Positions 9,492-24,742 of a stretch of 64,000 nt of DNA are shown in pieces; the first letter of the stretch is position 1, and each line of letters begins with the position of its first letter. A model generated the notes under the pieces. The model ran no database searches. It had not been told where the DNA came from and was given only the letters and a program-made list of their open reading frames with translations. Made by a program: the position numbers and the translations under genes. Source of the stretch: an uncultured Gemmatimonadales bacterium (GTDB taxonomy: Bacteria > Gemmatimonadota > Gemmatimonadetes > Gemmatimonadales > GWC2-71-9); assembly GCA_963739455.1 (NCBI GenBank), contig CAVUAK010000001.1:2400001-2464000 (forward strand). Direction: 5' to 3'.

Positions 9492-9513
9492 AATATATAA
9501 GTAGGTATATATT
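9492..9513. promoter_or_regulatory. TA operator inverted repeat
   Basis: AATATATA-AGTAGG-TATATATT, a perfect 8-bp IR just upstream of the toxin start. Confidence 0.65.
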
Positions 9514-9600
9514 GCTGCAAGAGTTGCCGAGTACGCACAGCCAGGCGCCTGGGTTAGGTCGTGATGGCCAGCTGACAGTCCCGGAAAGGACGCGTAAACA

Positions 9601-11436
9601 CTGCGAGCTTCGTTCTGGAACCTTGTTCTCGGGCTTGTTGCAGCCTCACCAGTCCACGCGCAGCGGCCACTCAACCTTGGTTTCGAGCAACCCAGCAGTG
9701 CCGAGCCCGCCCGCCCGTGGGGATGGAGCCTCGGCTGGTCGGCATTCGGCGGCGGTTCTTCCGCTACGATTTCCCTCGACAGCGTTGTAAGGCACGGCGG
9801 GCGACGGAGCCTTCGGTTGTCGCAAGGCGACTCTGCGCCCTCGACACAGCCGCAGACGATCATGCTGCAGATCCCTGCCGATTCGTTCCGGGGGCGGGAA
9901 GTTGCGCTGACAGGGTGGATGCGCGCGGACCGTCTACGCGGCAAGGCGTGGCTCGCCCTCGAGGCGTGGAAGAACCAGGACTACGCTGCAGCTGATACCG
10001 CATTCGTTGCAAGCGACGGCCCTCCGCAGTGGCACCGATACCAACTCCATATCACCGTTCCAAAAGACCCGACGATTCACTCGATCGTCATCAGCGCAGT
10101 GCTGGAGGGTTCCGGCACGGTGTGGTTCGATGACCTTCAGTTGAGCGTGGACGGGACGCGTCTCGTCGCCCATCCGCCCGTCGCCGCTCCGCCCACCAAG
10201 GTGGATCTCGCCTGGCTGGCCCAGCATTCTGTCCCACTCATGCCGATCAGCGACTCGATCACTGCCGCGTTCAGACGGTTCTCCGAGATCGTGGGCCCCG
10301 CCCGCGTCGTCGGCCTCGGCGAGTCGACACACGGAACCGGGGAGTTCTTCCAGCTCAAGGCGCGCTTGCTCGAGTATCTCGTACGGGTCGAGGGATTCCG
10401 GGTGTTCGCGATCGAGGCGAACCAGCTCGCCACGGAGCGGGTGAACCGGTACGTGGAGGGCGGGGCAGGAACGGCGCCTGACGTGATGAAGGTGATGTTC
10501 CGGGTGTGGAACACGGAGGAGATGGAGCAGCTGGTGGAGTGGATCAGGAGCTTCAACACCGAGCATCCCGACAAGCGGGTACGCTTCGTGGGCTACGACA
10601 TGCAGGACCAGCGGACGCCGGCCGACACGCTGCGGGCTTTCCTGACGCGGGTGGAGCCGTCGTTCGTCGCCCGTTTCGATTCGCTTGCCGGTGAGTACCA
10701 GGCCCAGAAGTCGTATGCGACGCCGCAGATCGCGGACAGTACCAGGGCGAGGTGGTTCGACCAGGCCGCGACACTCTGGGACAGCGTGAGCGCGCGACGG
10801 ACGGGATGGCTCGACCGGGCCGCGAGCGCAGCGGACACAGTCGCCGTGGAATGGGCGGTGCAATCGGCCAACCTGTTTCGCCAGGCGGCGAAGTTCAACG
10901 TCACACTCAACTCACCAGAGCGGGACAGCCTGATGGCGGCCAACCTCGACTGGATGCTGCGGACGTTGGCGCCGGGCGAGCGGGCGGTGGTGTGGGCTCA
11001 TGACGTGCATGTGAGCCGAGGAGGCGACGCGGAGCTCAGCTTCAACGGCGGGGCGCAGATGGGGGCGTATCTCGCGCGGCTGTATGGCACCGGGTACCGG
11101 GCGTTCAGCTTCCTGACCTACGATGGGGCCTATACCGCGACACGGAGTTTCACCAACCACGAGATGGTGTCGGTGGCAGCCACGCCCGCGCCGTCGGGCA
11201 CCCTCGAGGCGGCGCTGAATGCGCTGCCGAGGCCGGCGTCAAGTATCGGATGGCTGGCAGACCTTCGCACGGCGCGGACGGACCCGGGTGGCCAATGGCT
11301 GAACAGGCCACGACCTATTCGCCACGTCGGCTACGCTGCGTACGACTATGGCTTCGAGATCAGTGTCGTGGTTCCGCTCGAGTTCGATGGGGTCTTCTTC
11401 GTGGACCACACCACGCCGTCGCGGCTCCTGCCGTAG
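9601..11436 (+). CDS. Exported erythromycin-esterase-family protein with N-terminal beta-sandwich domain
   Basis: VGLGESTHGTGEFF, FAIEA, GYDMQ, RDSLMAANL, VVWAHDVHV, FDGVFFV; frame stays open upstream of 9817 to a signal peptide starting at CTG 9601. Confidence 0.85.
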   Translation: MRASFWNLVLGLVAASPVHAQRPLNLGFEQPSSAEPARPWGWSLGWSAFGGGSSATISLDSVVRHGGRRSLRLSQGDSAPSTQPQTIMLQIPADSFRGREVALTGWMRADRLRGKAWLALEAWKNQDYAAADTAFVASDGPPQWHRYQLHITVPKDPTIHSIVISAVLEGSGTVWFDDLQLSVDGTRLVAHPPVAAPPTKVDLAWLAQHSVPLMPISDSITAAFRRFSEIVGPARVVGLGESTHGTGEFFQLKARLLEYLVRVEGFRVFAIEANQLATERVNRYVEGGAGTAPDVMKVMFRVWNTEEMEQLVEWIRSFNTEHPDKRVRFVGYDMQDQRTPADTLRAFLTRVEPSFVARFDSLAGEYQAQKSYATPQIADSTRARWFDQAATLWDSVSARRTGWLDRAASAADTVAVEWAVQSANLFRQAAKFNVTLNSPERDSLMAANLDWMLRTLAPGERAVVWAHDVHVSRGGDAELSFNGGAQMGAYLARLYGTGYRAFSFLTYDGAYTATRSFTNHEMVSVAATPAPSGTLEAALNALPRPASSIGWLADLRTARTDPGGQWLNRPRPIRHVGYAAYDYGFEISVVVPLEFDGVFFVDHTTPSRLLP

Positions 11437-11618
11437 CGCGCATCAGCTGCTGGCCAGATTGTCCCTGCGGGACACTCTGTCTGTGGCGATTGGGACCAGC
11501 GGGCGCTCGCCCACCGCGAATGTGCGGCGGCATACGACGCTGGCGTCCGTTTTCGCAGCATCCACACCACGGCATGACGCGTGCATTGAATGGGGGTCCC
11601 GCGCCCGGAGCGCCCTCC

Positions 11619-13267
11619 ATGCCACAGGTTCGCGCCTCGCTTCGAAATCTCCCGCCGGTCGCTCGCACCGTCGCGCGCTGGACCGGCGAACTGGCGTCAC
11701 AGCTGCTTGCGATCGCGACCTTCGTCGCTGGAGCCATTCTCCTCCTGGCGGGTGCCACGCCACCGGTCGACGAGCGCATCGCGTGGCTGGACCGGGTTCT
11801 TCCGGCTGGCACCATCGACATCTCCCATTTCCTGGGGAGCCTGATCGGCACGGCGTTGTTGCTGGTGGCGCGCGGCCTTCAACGCCGGCTCGACGGGGCC
11901 TGGGTTGCCGCCTGCGGACTGCTGGCTGCCGCGAGCATCACGTCGGTGCTGCACGGCGAGCTCGGTGCGGCTGCGCTGGCCGCGCTGGTCCTCGCGCTGC
12001 TCGGCTCCAGCCGGCGTCACTTCCATCGTCGCTCGTCCCTCCTGCACGCCTCGTTCAGCCGGGGCTGGATCGTTGCCATTGCCGGGGTCGTCCTGGCGTC
12101 CACATGGCTGGGCTTCTTTGCCTATCGGCACGTGGAGTACGACAGCGATCTCTGGTGGCAGATCGCGCGGGACGCGGACGCGCCGAGATTCCTGCGGGCC
12201 ACCGTCGGCGTAGTGGTGATGCTGTTCATGGTGGCGTGCTGGCGCCTGGTGGGGCCCGCTCGTCGCCGGCCCCAGGTTTCCGCCCCTGATGACCTGGCGA
12301 CGGTGCGCCGCATCGTGGCCAATGCCACCCGACCAGATGCCAACCTGGCCTTCCTCGGCGACAAGTCATTCTTCTTCAACGCCGAGCGGACCGCCTTCGT
12401 GATGTATGCCATCCGCGGGCGTACCTGGGTCGTACTGGGCGACCCGGTCGGTCCGCGTGATGCCTGGCCGGCGCTACTGCACCGGTTCTGCAACGAAGTG
12501 GATCGGCACGACGGATGGCCGGTGTTCTATCGACTGACGCCGGACGGACTGCCGGCGTATCTCGACCTCGGGCTGGCGGTGCTGAAGATGGGGGAAGAAG
12601 CCTGCGTGGACCTGACGACATTCTCGCTGGCCGGAGGTGAGCGGGCCGGACTGCGCTACATCGTCAACCGTCTCAGCAAGCGGCAGGCGCGATTCGAGCT
12701 GCGTGCGCCTGGAGAAGCCCACGACCTGCTGCCCCGGCTGAGGGAGATCAGTGACGAGTGGCTGGAGGAACGCGACGCCGGCGAGAAGAGTTTCTCCATG
12801 GGTTCCTTTGATCCCGCGTACGTCAGCAACCTGCCGCTGGGGCTGGTATGGGAGGGCGATACGCTGATTGCGTTCGCGACTGTCTGGATCGCGCGCGCCA
12901 GCCGGACCATGACGGTGGACCTGATGCGGCATACGGTGGGAGCCCCGCGCGGCACGATGGAGTTCCTGTTCGTGAAGCTGATGGAAGCGGGCCAGCGGGA
13001 CGGCTTCGATCGTTTCTCCCTCGGCATGGTGCCATTGTCCGGCCTCGCGGCCAGGCCGTTCGCGGAGCGATGGCACCGCGTGGGACGCCTCGTGTACCGG
13101 CTGGGCGAACGGTTCTACAATTTTCGCGGCCTCAGGGAATTCAAGGACCGGTTTCACCCCGAATGGCAGCCGCGATACATCGCAGTACCGAGACGGGTAG
13201 TGATGCCCCTCGTGATCAATGACCTCACGGCGCTGATCGGCGCGGGTCCAAAGCGGGTGGAGGCAAC

Positions 13268-13271
<4 letters not shown>
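11619..13271 (+). CDS. mprF: Aminoacyl-phosphatidylglycerol synthase (MprF/LpiA-like, DUF2156), lacking the N-terminal flippase part
   Basis: DANLAFLGDKSFFF, LGDPVG, KMGEEA, VDLMRH, FSLGMVPL, FYNFRGLREFKDRFHPEWQPRY; GGAG RBS. Confidence 0.85.
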
Positions 13272-16009
<2,738 letters not shown>

Positions 16010-16014
16010 GCGCC

Positions 16015-16878
16015 TCAGGCCACCCGTGCCTGCACGTCGAGATACTCGCTGGCGACCGCGGTGGTGCCATCAGTGGCCAGGTTGTGCTGCTGGAAGAGCC
16101 GAGTGAGCTCGCTACGCAACTTGCGCGCGCCCAGGGCGTCCGTTGCCTTGATTGTCGCCACCGAGGGCCCGTAGCTGGTGGCAAACAGCTCGGCCACATC
16201 CGCTGGATCCAGGTCAAAGCGAAGCTCGATCATGCGCCGGGTGAAGGTGATGGCGGTGACGCCGTCGCCGAAGCGCTCGCGCACCGTGTCTTCCTTGCCC
16301 CATGCCAGGGAACTGGGAACGCCCTGAGGAGGAGGCACGATGGCGACGTGCGCGCGAAGCATCTCGCCCACGAATCCCTCGGGAGTCCAGTTCGCCATTG
16401 CGATTCGGCCACCGGGGCGCGTCACCCGCATCAGTTCGGCCGCAGCTCGGTCGGGCCGATAGGCGAACATCGCACCGAACATGGTGACGGTGTTGTCGAA
16501 CTGCCCGCTGGCGTAGGGGAGGGCCTCTGCGTCGCCCACGTCGAAGTCCACGATGCAGCCGGCGGCGCGGGCCTCGCGGCGGGCATCCTCGATGAGGTTG
16601 GGGGCGATGTCCACACCGGTGACGCGCGCGCCAGCGAGCGCGGCGGGGATGGCGAGGTTGCCGGTGCCGCAGGCGACGTCGAGCAGCGAGTCACCGGCAC
16701 GCAGCTTCAGTCGCGCAACGAACTCGGCGGCACCCGGGGCGAAGCTGCGCGCGATCGGGAGGAAGTCGCCACCAGTCCAGACAGCGATGGCGCGGGCGGT
16801 GAGGGGATCGAGCGACTTCGCGCGCACGTCACCCACCACGCCGAATTCGCCAGTGCAGGGAAAGCTGTCGGTGTTCAT
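16015..16878 (-). CDS. Class I SAM-dependent methyltransferase
   Basis: LLDVACGTG, GVDIA, GDAEALP, MFGAMFA, RVTRPGG; GGAGG RBS before ATG 16878. Confidence 0.9.
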   Translation of the reverse strand: MNTDSFPCTGEFGVVGDVRAKSLDPLTARAIAVWTGGDFLPIARSFAPGAAEFVARLKLRAGDSLLDVACGTGNLAIPAALAGARVTGVDIAPNLIEDARREARAAGCIVDFDVGDAEALPYASGQFDNTVTMFGAMFAYRPDRAAAELMRVTRPGGRIAMANWTPEGFVGEMLRAHVAIVPPPQGVPSSLAWGKEDTVRERFGDGVTAITFTRRMIELRFDLDPADVAELFATSYGPSVATIKATDALGARKLRSELTRLFQQHNLATDGTTAVASEYLDVQARVA

Positions 16879-16992
16879 CGGTAGTTCCTCCGTCATCGGT
16901 TCCTGTCGCGTCGTGGTGACGCGCGAATCCAATGTGCGAAGGGAGCTACGGCGGGCCAATGACTGATCGTCCCGACTTCCTGTGCGAGCGTC

Positions 16993-17950
16993 TTATGATC
17001 GAGCGGGGCGACGTGCCTCGCGCCAGCCGCCGGGGGCGAGCCCGGTGGCCTTCTTGAACGCCCGGCTGAATGCGGCCTCGGAGTCGTATCCCACTTCCGC
17101 GCCGATGGTCGCGACCTTGGCGCCACCCTGCGCCAGGAGATTGGCGGCCACCTGCATGCGCCACTGGGTGAGGTACTGCATGGGCGGCTGGCCCACGAGG
17201 TCGGTGAAGCGCCTGGCAAGATTGGAGCGGGACGACGCCGACTCCTGCGCCAGCTCGGCGAGGGTCCAGGGATGCGCAGGCCGGGCGTGGAGCAGCGTCA
17301 GTGCGCGGCTTACCACTTCGTCACGGAGGCCGGCGAGCCAGCCGGTCTGTTCCGGCGGCAGGTCGTCTATATACCGGCGCAGCACCTCGATGAACATGAG
17401 CTCGGCCATGCGGGTGAGTACGGTATCGGCGCCGGGCCGGCCGAGGCGGCTCTCCTCGATGACCTGTCGGGGGAAGGTGCCGAGCCAGGCGTTGGACATG
17501 CCGCGGATATGGATCTGGCGTGGCAGCGCCGCAGAGCAGGGGATTGAAGGGGCGGAGGTCGCAGCCGAGGAAGCCGCAGACAAAGGAGGCACCGCGGGGC
17601 CCGGCGTCGCCGAGCATGACGGTGTGGGGGTAGCGGTCGGCGGCGGAGCTGTGGACGTCAGGGCCGATGCGGACGCCCCGGCCACTCGACACAAAGTGCG
17701 CATCGCCATGGGAGAAGACGATCACGTCGCCGGGGGCAAGCTCCACCTGTTCCTCGCCGATGAGCCCGGCGTAGCAGCGGCCCTCGATGAGGATGTGGTA
17801 GGCGATAAGGTGCTCTGCCGCTGGAAGGATGCGGGGCGAGAGCTCGCGCGCCGGCAAGGACTCGACGCTCCATGGATCAACGGCCTCGACGGCGTAGAAG
17901 TAGGCCCCGTCGAGGCGTACGACGCGCAGCAGGTCGGAGAGCGGGTCCAT
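16993..17950 (-). CDS. AraC-family regulator with cupin domain (frameshift near 17533)
   Basis: MDPLSDLLRVVRL N-terminus; WTLAELAQESASSRS...PPMQYLTQWRMQ...VGYDSEAAFSRAFKK. Confidence 0.9.
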
Positions 17951-18120
17951 TCCAAAGCATAGCGCCGGGTGCGGCGGCGCGGGAGTTCGGGCACCGGCAG
18001 ACGGCGGAGCAGGAAGTGGGGACGCACGGTCATGGTACAACGATGCAGCATGCCGTACGTTGCTTGCGTAAGCCAGGTGACCGGATGGTCGTGTCGTTCA
18101 ACGAAGAAGGGAGTCGAGCA

Positions 18121-18603
18121 ATGGGACGTCGTGCTGAAGAACTGGCCGCCCGGATCGAGGCGGGGGCGGCGCTGCTGGGAGCGTACGCAGCGGAGCTGTC
18201 TGATTCGGAGTGGAATACCCGGGTGCGGGACGGGCGCACGGTTGGCGTCATCGTGCACCATGTCGCCACCATGTACCCGATCGAGATCGACGTGACGCGC
18301 GCGATTGCGGGCGGCAACGCGGTAGAGGGTGTCACGTGGGAGGCAGTGGCCGACATCAATGCGAAGCATGCGGCGGAGTTCGCGACCGTGAGCAAGGCGA
18401 CGGCGCTGGAGCTGCTGCGACGGAACAGCTCGGATGCGGCGGCGGCGGTGCGGAAGTTCAGTGATGTGGAGCTCGACACGGCGGCGCCATTCTCGCTCAG
18501 TTTCGATGCCCCGATGACGGCGCAGTTCGTGATCGAGGACCATGCGCTGCGTCATGCGTGGCATCACCTGGCGCGGATCAAGTCGGCGCTGGGACGCCAA
18601 TGA
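18121..18603 (+). CDS. DinB-like four-helix protein
   Basis: RTVGVIVHHVA and HALRHAWHHLARI His motifs. Confidence 0.7.
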   Translation: MGRRAEELAARIEAGAALLGAYAAELSDSEWNTRVRDGRTVGVIVHHVATMYPIEIDVTRAIAGGNAVEGVTWEAVADINAKHAAEFATVSKATALELLRRNSSDAAAAVRKFSDVELDTAAPFSLSFDAPMTAQFVIEDHALRHAWHHLARIKSALGRQ

Positions 18604-19904
18604 CCTGGCTCCAGCGGTACCGCATCACCTGGACGCTTCGATGGTCGCTCTGGCTCCTGCCGGTGATGGCCATCGTTGCGGCCATTGTCGCGGCGCCGGT
18701 CATCCGCTGGCTCGACCACAGGACCGGCTGGACGCTGTTCAACCTGACGCCGGAGGGCGCGCGCACCATCCTGGGCGCGCTCACCGCTTCGATGCTGACC
18801 TTCGTCGTCTTCGTGGTGTCGTCGCTGCTGATCGTGGTGCAACTGGCCAGTGCGCAGCTGACGCCGCGCGTGATCGCCAGGGTCTTTGCGGACGACCGCC
18901 TGAAGTGGGTGCTCAGCGCCTTCACCCTCGCCTACACGTACAGCATCGCCGCGGCGGGCCGGGTCGACGATGCCGTCCCCCAGCTGCCAGTCGCGCTGGC
19001 GATCGCGCTCTGCCTGGGGTGCATTGCGGTCTTCTTCTGGTTCGTGCAGTGGCTGGGCGAATCGCTGCGGCCGATTGCCATGCTCCAGAGCGTGGCAGAG
19101 GAAGGGCACGCGGTGGTGGCCGCCGTCTATCCCCAATTGTATGATCGCGCCGAGGAGCCACCGGGGCTGCCGCAATCGCCGGCCGGCGCCGTCTCCACCG
19201 TGGAGCATGCGGGCCGGTCCGGTGTGGTGCTTGCGTTCAGCCAGGATGGGCTGGTGGCGCTTGCCGAACGGGGCGACGCGGTGATCGAGGTGCTGCCACA
19301 GGTGGGTGATTTCGTGGCCCGCGGCGATCGACTCTTCAATGTTCGAGGAGGCAGGGTCGATGCCGAGAGCCTGCGGGACAGCATCGCCATCGGCCCGGAG
19401 CGCACCATGGAACAGGATCCGCGCTTCGCATTCCGGATCATGGTGGACATCGCCAACAAGGCATTGTCACCCGCCATCAACGATCCCACGACGGCCGTCC
19501 TGGCGCTGGACCAGATTCACAGCCTGCTGATGAATGTGGGCAAGCGGCGACTGGAGCCGGGGCGGGCCCACGATGCGCGGGGGCAACTGCGCCTGTACTT
19601 CGGGACGCCCGACTGGAGTGACTATGTCAGTCTCGCCGTCACGGAGATCCGGCAGTTCGGGGGTAGCAGCATGCAGGTGGTGCGACGGCTCCGCGCGATG
19701 ATCGAGCACCTGCTGCAGGTGCTGCCAGAGGGACGCCGGGCAGCGCTGGAGCGGGAACTGAGCCTGCTCCGACTCACCGTCGAACGGTCGTTCCCGGACG
19801 AACGCGACCAGGTCCAGGCGCAGATCGGCGACCTCCAGGGTATTGGCAGCTCGAACCAGGACGTGAAGACCCTCCGTTCCGCTTCAGCGGCGCCGCGCCT
19901 CTAG
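18600..19904 (+). CDS. DUF2254-family membrane protein
   Basis: QLASAQLTPR and RTMEQDPRFAFRIMVDIANKALSPAINDPTTA. Confidence 0.85.
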   Translation: MTWLQRYRITWTLRWSLWLLPVMAIVAAIVAAPVIRWLDHRTGWTLFNLTPEGARTILGALTASMLTFVVFVVSSLLIVVQLASAQLTPRVIARVFADDRLKWVLSAFTLAYTYSIAAAGRVDDAVPQLPVALAIALCLGCIAVFFWFVQWLGESLRPIAMLQSVAEEGHAVVAAVYPQLYDRAEEPPGLPQSPAGAVSTVEHAGRSGVVLAFSQDGLVALAERGDAVIEVLPQVGDFVARGDRLFNVRGGRVDAESLRDSIAIGPERTMEQDPRFAFRIMVDIANKALSPAINDPTTAVLALDQIHSLLMNVGKRRLEPGRAHDARGQLRLYFGTPDWSDYVSLAVTEIRQFGGSSMQVVRRLRAMIEHLLQVLPEGRRAALERELSLLRLTVERSFPDERDQVQAQIGDLQGIGSSNQDVKTLRSASAAPRL

Positions 19905-19981
19905 GTCGTTTAGCCCATGCTGTTGTGCCGCGGTGCCGGTCGTTAACATGGCTGTTCCGAGGCCCCACTTCCGGAGCTCCC

Positions 19982-21904
19982 ATGGCTACCGTCCTTCGTC
20001 GCCTCGTCGGTGTTTTGCAGGCTACGCTGATTGCGCTCGCCCCGCTCGCTTGCGGAGGCGAGTCCGATCCCAATCCCAATCCGCACCCTCCTCCTTCATC
20101 ACCCGACTCTCCCGAGCCGCTGGTCGCGACCGGTCCTGCGCCGGACAGGGTGGTATACAGCAACAACAGGGTCTACTGGAGCGAAGGTGGTGACGCGGCG
20201 ATTCGGTCGGTGTCTGCATCGGGCGGGACGGCAACCTTGCTGGCCCAGCGGATCGGGTCGCCGAGCGCCGTCGCCTTCGCCGGCGAGGACATCATCTGGC
20301 TCGACGCCCAGACCGGGTTTTCGCCGTCGGGATGTGGCGTCATCCTGCTCCTGCGAAGGACTGCCGGCGGCGTCACCACGACACTGGAGACGCAGGACAA
20401 CTGCTGGGCGGAGGTGCCGCCGCTCGTGGTTGCGGGAGGAGACGCCTACTGGGTCAGTGCCACTGCCTCACAGAACCCGTACGTCATCCGCAAGACGTCG
20501 CTCGCGGGTGGTGCTTCCATCGCGCTCGTTACCAGCACACACCGGATCCCCGCCATGGTCGCAGACGGGGTCAATCTCTACTGGCTGGAGGATGAATTCC
20601 TGGTTCCCACGGCGGCCGTCCGTGCCGTACCGCTTGCCGGCGGCACGCCGGTGACACTCGCGAGCTTTTCGGATCGTGCCGGTACCTTCGCGATCAATGC
20701 CACATCGGTCATCTACTCCGAGGTGAATTCCCCCAGCTCAGACCGGCTCCGGATGGTACCGCTGGGCGGCGGTGATCCCATAGATATCGCGACGGTGCCG
20801 AACACACCACGCAAGATGGTGTCCGATGAGGCGCAGGTGTACTGGATCGACTTCGATGGCGTATGGTCGCTCCCCCTCGCTGGGGGGACGCCGACACTTC
20901 TCGCGCGCAGCACCAACACGCCGATCGATCTCATCGCGCGGGGGGACGACCTGATCTGGACGGAGACGACGGGCCCGGCGCACGGCGAGACCGGCACGGT
21001 GCGCCAGGTTCCGAAGGCCGGCGGGCCGACGCAGGTGCTGGTGCAGGGGGGCGACGCACCACGGCAGCTCGCGTCTCACCCATCCTGGCTGTACTGGACA
21101 GAAGGCGGACCAAATGGGGAGGTCGAGGGCTTCGGCCGAATTGCGCGGGTACCAACGAGCGGTGGTGCAGCGGAAACGGTCGTGAGTGGCGTCGTCACCC
21201 AAACGCCGTCGATTGCCGTCACGAACACTCACGTCTATATCGGTGATCGGTGGCGGATCAAGCGCGTGCCCATCCTCGGCGGAAAGGTGGAGACAGTGGC
21301 CGCCGGGAACGACGAGATTGCTTCCGTTGCGGTCGATGCGACATCGGTCTTCTGGGTGAGCAAGGGGCTCGGGAGAGTATTCAAGGCGCCGGCGGCGGGT
21401 GGCGCGGCGACGCTGCTCAGTGGCCTGGGTACGTCTATCGGGCCGGGTGGCCCGATCTCAATACAGGGCGGGCGGGTGTACTGGGCGAGCACCTACAGCA
21501 CGATCCAGTCGGTCCCCACGGCCGGGGGCACAGCGACCGTCGTGCGTGGGGACATACCCTTCATGAACGACCTTGTCGCGGATGAGGCGGCGCTGTACTG
21601 GTCGGAGAACGACACGGGGAACATCTGGCGCGTGGCCTTGAGCGGCGGCACGCCGACCCTGATGGCGAGTGCTCGCGCCGGGACGGAGCGCCGGCTTGCG
21701 GTAGACGGTGAGACGCTGGCATGGATAGATGGTGGAGCAGCGGTCGCGATGCCAAAGGGTGGTGGCGACCTCCTCACTCTGAAGTTTGGGATCAGCAACG
21801 ATCCCTACTTCGTGGGATCCATCGCACTCGGCCAAGGTGCCGCGTTCTGGACGGCGCCACCGACGCAGCAGATCGTGACGGTGTCGAAGACCCTGGGGCA
21901 GTAG
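19982..21904 (+). CDS. Lipoprotein with repeated beta-propeller blades
   Basis: Lipobox LAC-GG; many ~40-aa repeats of type xxYW...IRxVPxAGG. Confidence 0.75.
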   Translation: MATVLRRLVGVLQATLIALAPLACGGESDPNPNPHPPPSSPDSPEPLVATGPAPDRVVYSNNRVYWSEGGDAAIRSVSASGGTATLLAQRIGSPSAVAFAGEDIIWLDAQTGFSPSGCGVILLLRRTAGGVTTTLETQDNCWAEVPPLVVAGGDAYWVSATASQNPYVIRKTSLAGGASIALVTSTHRIPAMVADGVNLYWLEDEFLVPTAAVRAVPLAGGTPVTLASFSDRAGTFAINATSVIYSEVNSPSSDRLRMVPLGGGDPIDIATVPNTPRKMVSDEAQVYWIDFDGVWSLPLAGGTPTLLARSTNTPIDLIARGDDLIWTETTGPAHGETGTVRQVPKAGGPTQVLVQGGDAPRQLASHPSWLYWTEGGPNGEVEGFGRIARVPTSGGAAETVVSGVVTQTPSIAVTNTHVYIGDRWRIKRVPILGGKVETVAAGNDEIASVAVDATSVFWVSKGLGRVFKAPAAGGAATLLSGLGTSIGPGGPISIQGGRVYWASTYSTIQSVPTAGGTATVVRGDIPFMNDLVADEAALYWSENDTGNIWRVALSGGTPTLMASARAGTERRLAVDGETLAWIDGGAAVAMPKGGGDLLTLKFGISNDPYFVGSIALGQGAAFWTAPPTQQIVTVSKTLGQ

Positions 21905-21981
21905 TCCCGACTGGCGTGTGCCATTGGCGTCAGCCGTCGGGCTCGTCACCCGAGTGATCCTGCCAAACTGACGTATTCCAC

Positions 21982-21997
21982 AGGCACCGGGGTTGCA
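21982..21997 (+). promoter_or_regulatory. Putative sigma-54 (-24/-12) promoter of groESL
   Basis: AGGCACCGGGGTTGCA with GG (21983-84) and GC (21995-96) at the canonical spacing. Confidence 0.55.
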
Positions 21998-22018
21998 CTC
22001 CGGGGCCTTCGAAGGCGC

Positions 22019-22046
22019 TTGACGGACAGGTGGGGCGCCTTATCTT
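22019..22046 (+). promoter_or_regulatory. Putative sigma70 promoter of groESL
   Basis: TTGACG, 16 bp, TATCTT immediately upstream of CIRCE. Confidence 0.65.
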
Positions 22047-22057
22047 ACGCCCCGAGC

Positions 22058-22084
22058 TTGGCACTCAGCGCTCAAGAGTGCCAA
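22058..22084 (+). promoter_or_regulatory. CIRCE element (HrcA operator)
   Basis: TTGGCACTC-N9-GAGTGCCAA. Confidence 0.92.
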
Positions 22085-22129
22085 ATTGTTGCAAATCAAT
22101 CAGTTACACCAAGCATCAGGAGGCAGGTG

Positions 22130-24111
<1,982 letters not shown>

Positions 24112-24114
24112 CAA

Positions 24115-24153
24115 GCAAAGCGGCCCCGGTGAAAACCGGGGCCGTTTTGTTTG
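24115..24153 (+). terminator. Rho-independent terminator
   Basis: CGGCCCCGGT-GAAA-ACCGGGGCCG followed by TTTTGTTT. Confidence 0.9.
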
Positions 24154-24155
24154 CG

Positions 24156-24179
24156 GACGTGAAGACGTGAGGACGTGAG
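24156..24179 (+). repeat. Tandem 8-mer GACGTGAR x3
   Basis: Same unit as 4377-4416. Confidence 0.85.
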
Positions 24180-24266
24180 GGGGCGTCTAGCGGGATCGCG
24201 GGTGGGGCGTAGATTCGCCTGAACCCGCCACATACCGATGTCGAGCTTCCAATAGGGGAGGTTGCC

Positions 24267-24716
24267 ATGCCGCGTGTGCCTCGCTTGTCCACGCTACTCC
24301 GCATTGCGCTAGTGCCTGCCGTGGCGGTGGTATTCATGGGAGCGGATTGCGGTGACAGCGGCGGCCCGTCCACCGCGAACGTGATTGGCGTACGAGTCCA
24401 GAACGCACTCGGGACCTCGATCAGGCTGGAGGTGCACGTATTTGGCGGCGATCTCGGTACACCCACGAACGTGGCGGGCAATGGGGCGTATGTGGATGAG
24501 CTGGACGGCAACGCTGGAGAGAGGGTTTCCTTCAGTGCCACTGACAACAGCGGCGTGTACTCCAGCGGATCCACAAGTTGTACCTCCACACCGGCCATCG
24601 TTGCGCCGAGCACAGGCACGCCGCAGCAGTACGGCCAGGCGAATGTGCTCGCGGGTTCGGCGCCAGGGCAATCGCTGGTCCTCGAGTGCAGTTCGGGCTG
24701 GACGGAGAACCAGTGA
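24267..24716 (+). CDS. Hypothetical probable lipoprotein
   Basis: GGGGAGG RBS; signal peptide ending MGADC. Confidence 0.7.
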   Translation: MPRVPRLSTLLRIALVPAVAVVFMGADCGDSGGPSTANVIGVRVQNALGTSIRLEVHVFGGDLGTPTNVAGNGAYVDELDGNAGERVSFSATDNSGVYSSGSTSCTSTPAIVAPSTGTPQQYGQANVLAGSAPGQSLVLECSSGWTENQ

Positions 24717-24742
24717 GCAGGACGGGAGCAGGTGAGGATGCG

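Noticed and set aside
9553..9559. GTTAGGT as the attC core of a TA cassette
   Set aside because: No matching inverse core or stem identified
9817..11436. Confirmed erythromycin resistance gene (ereA/ereB)
   Set aside because: Only family-level motifs; many members of this family do not hydrolyse macrolides
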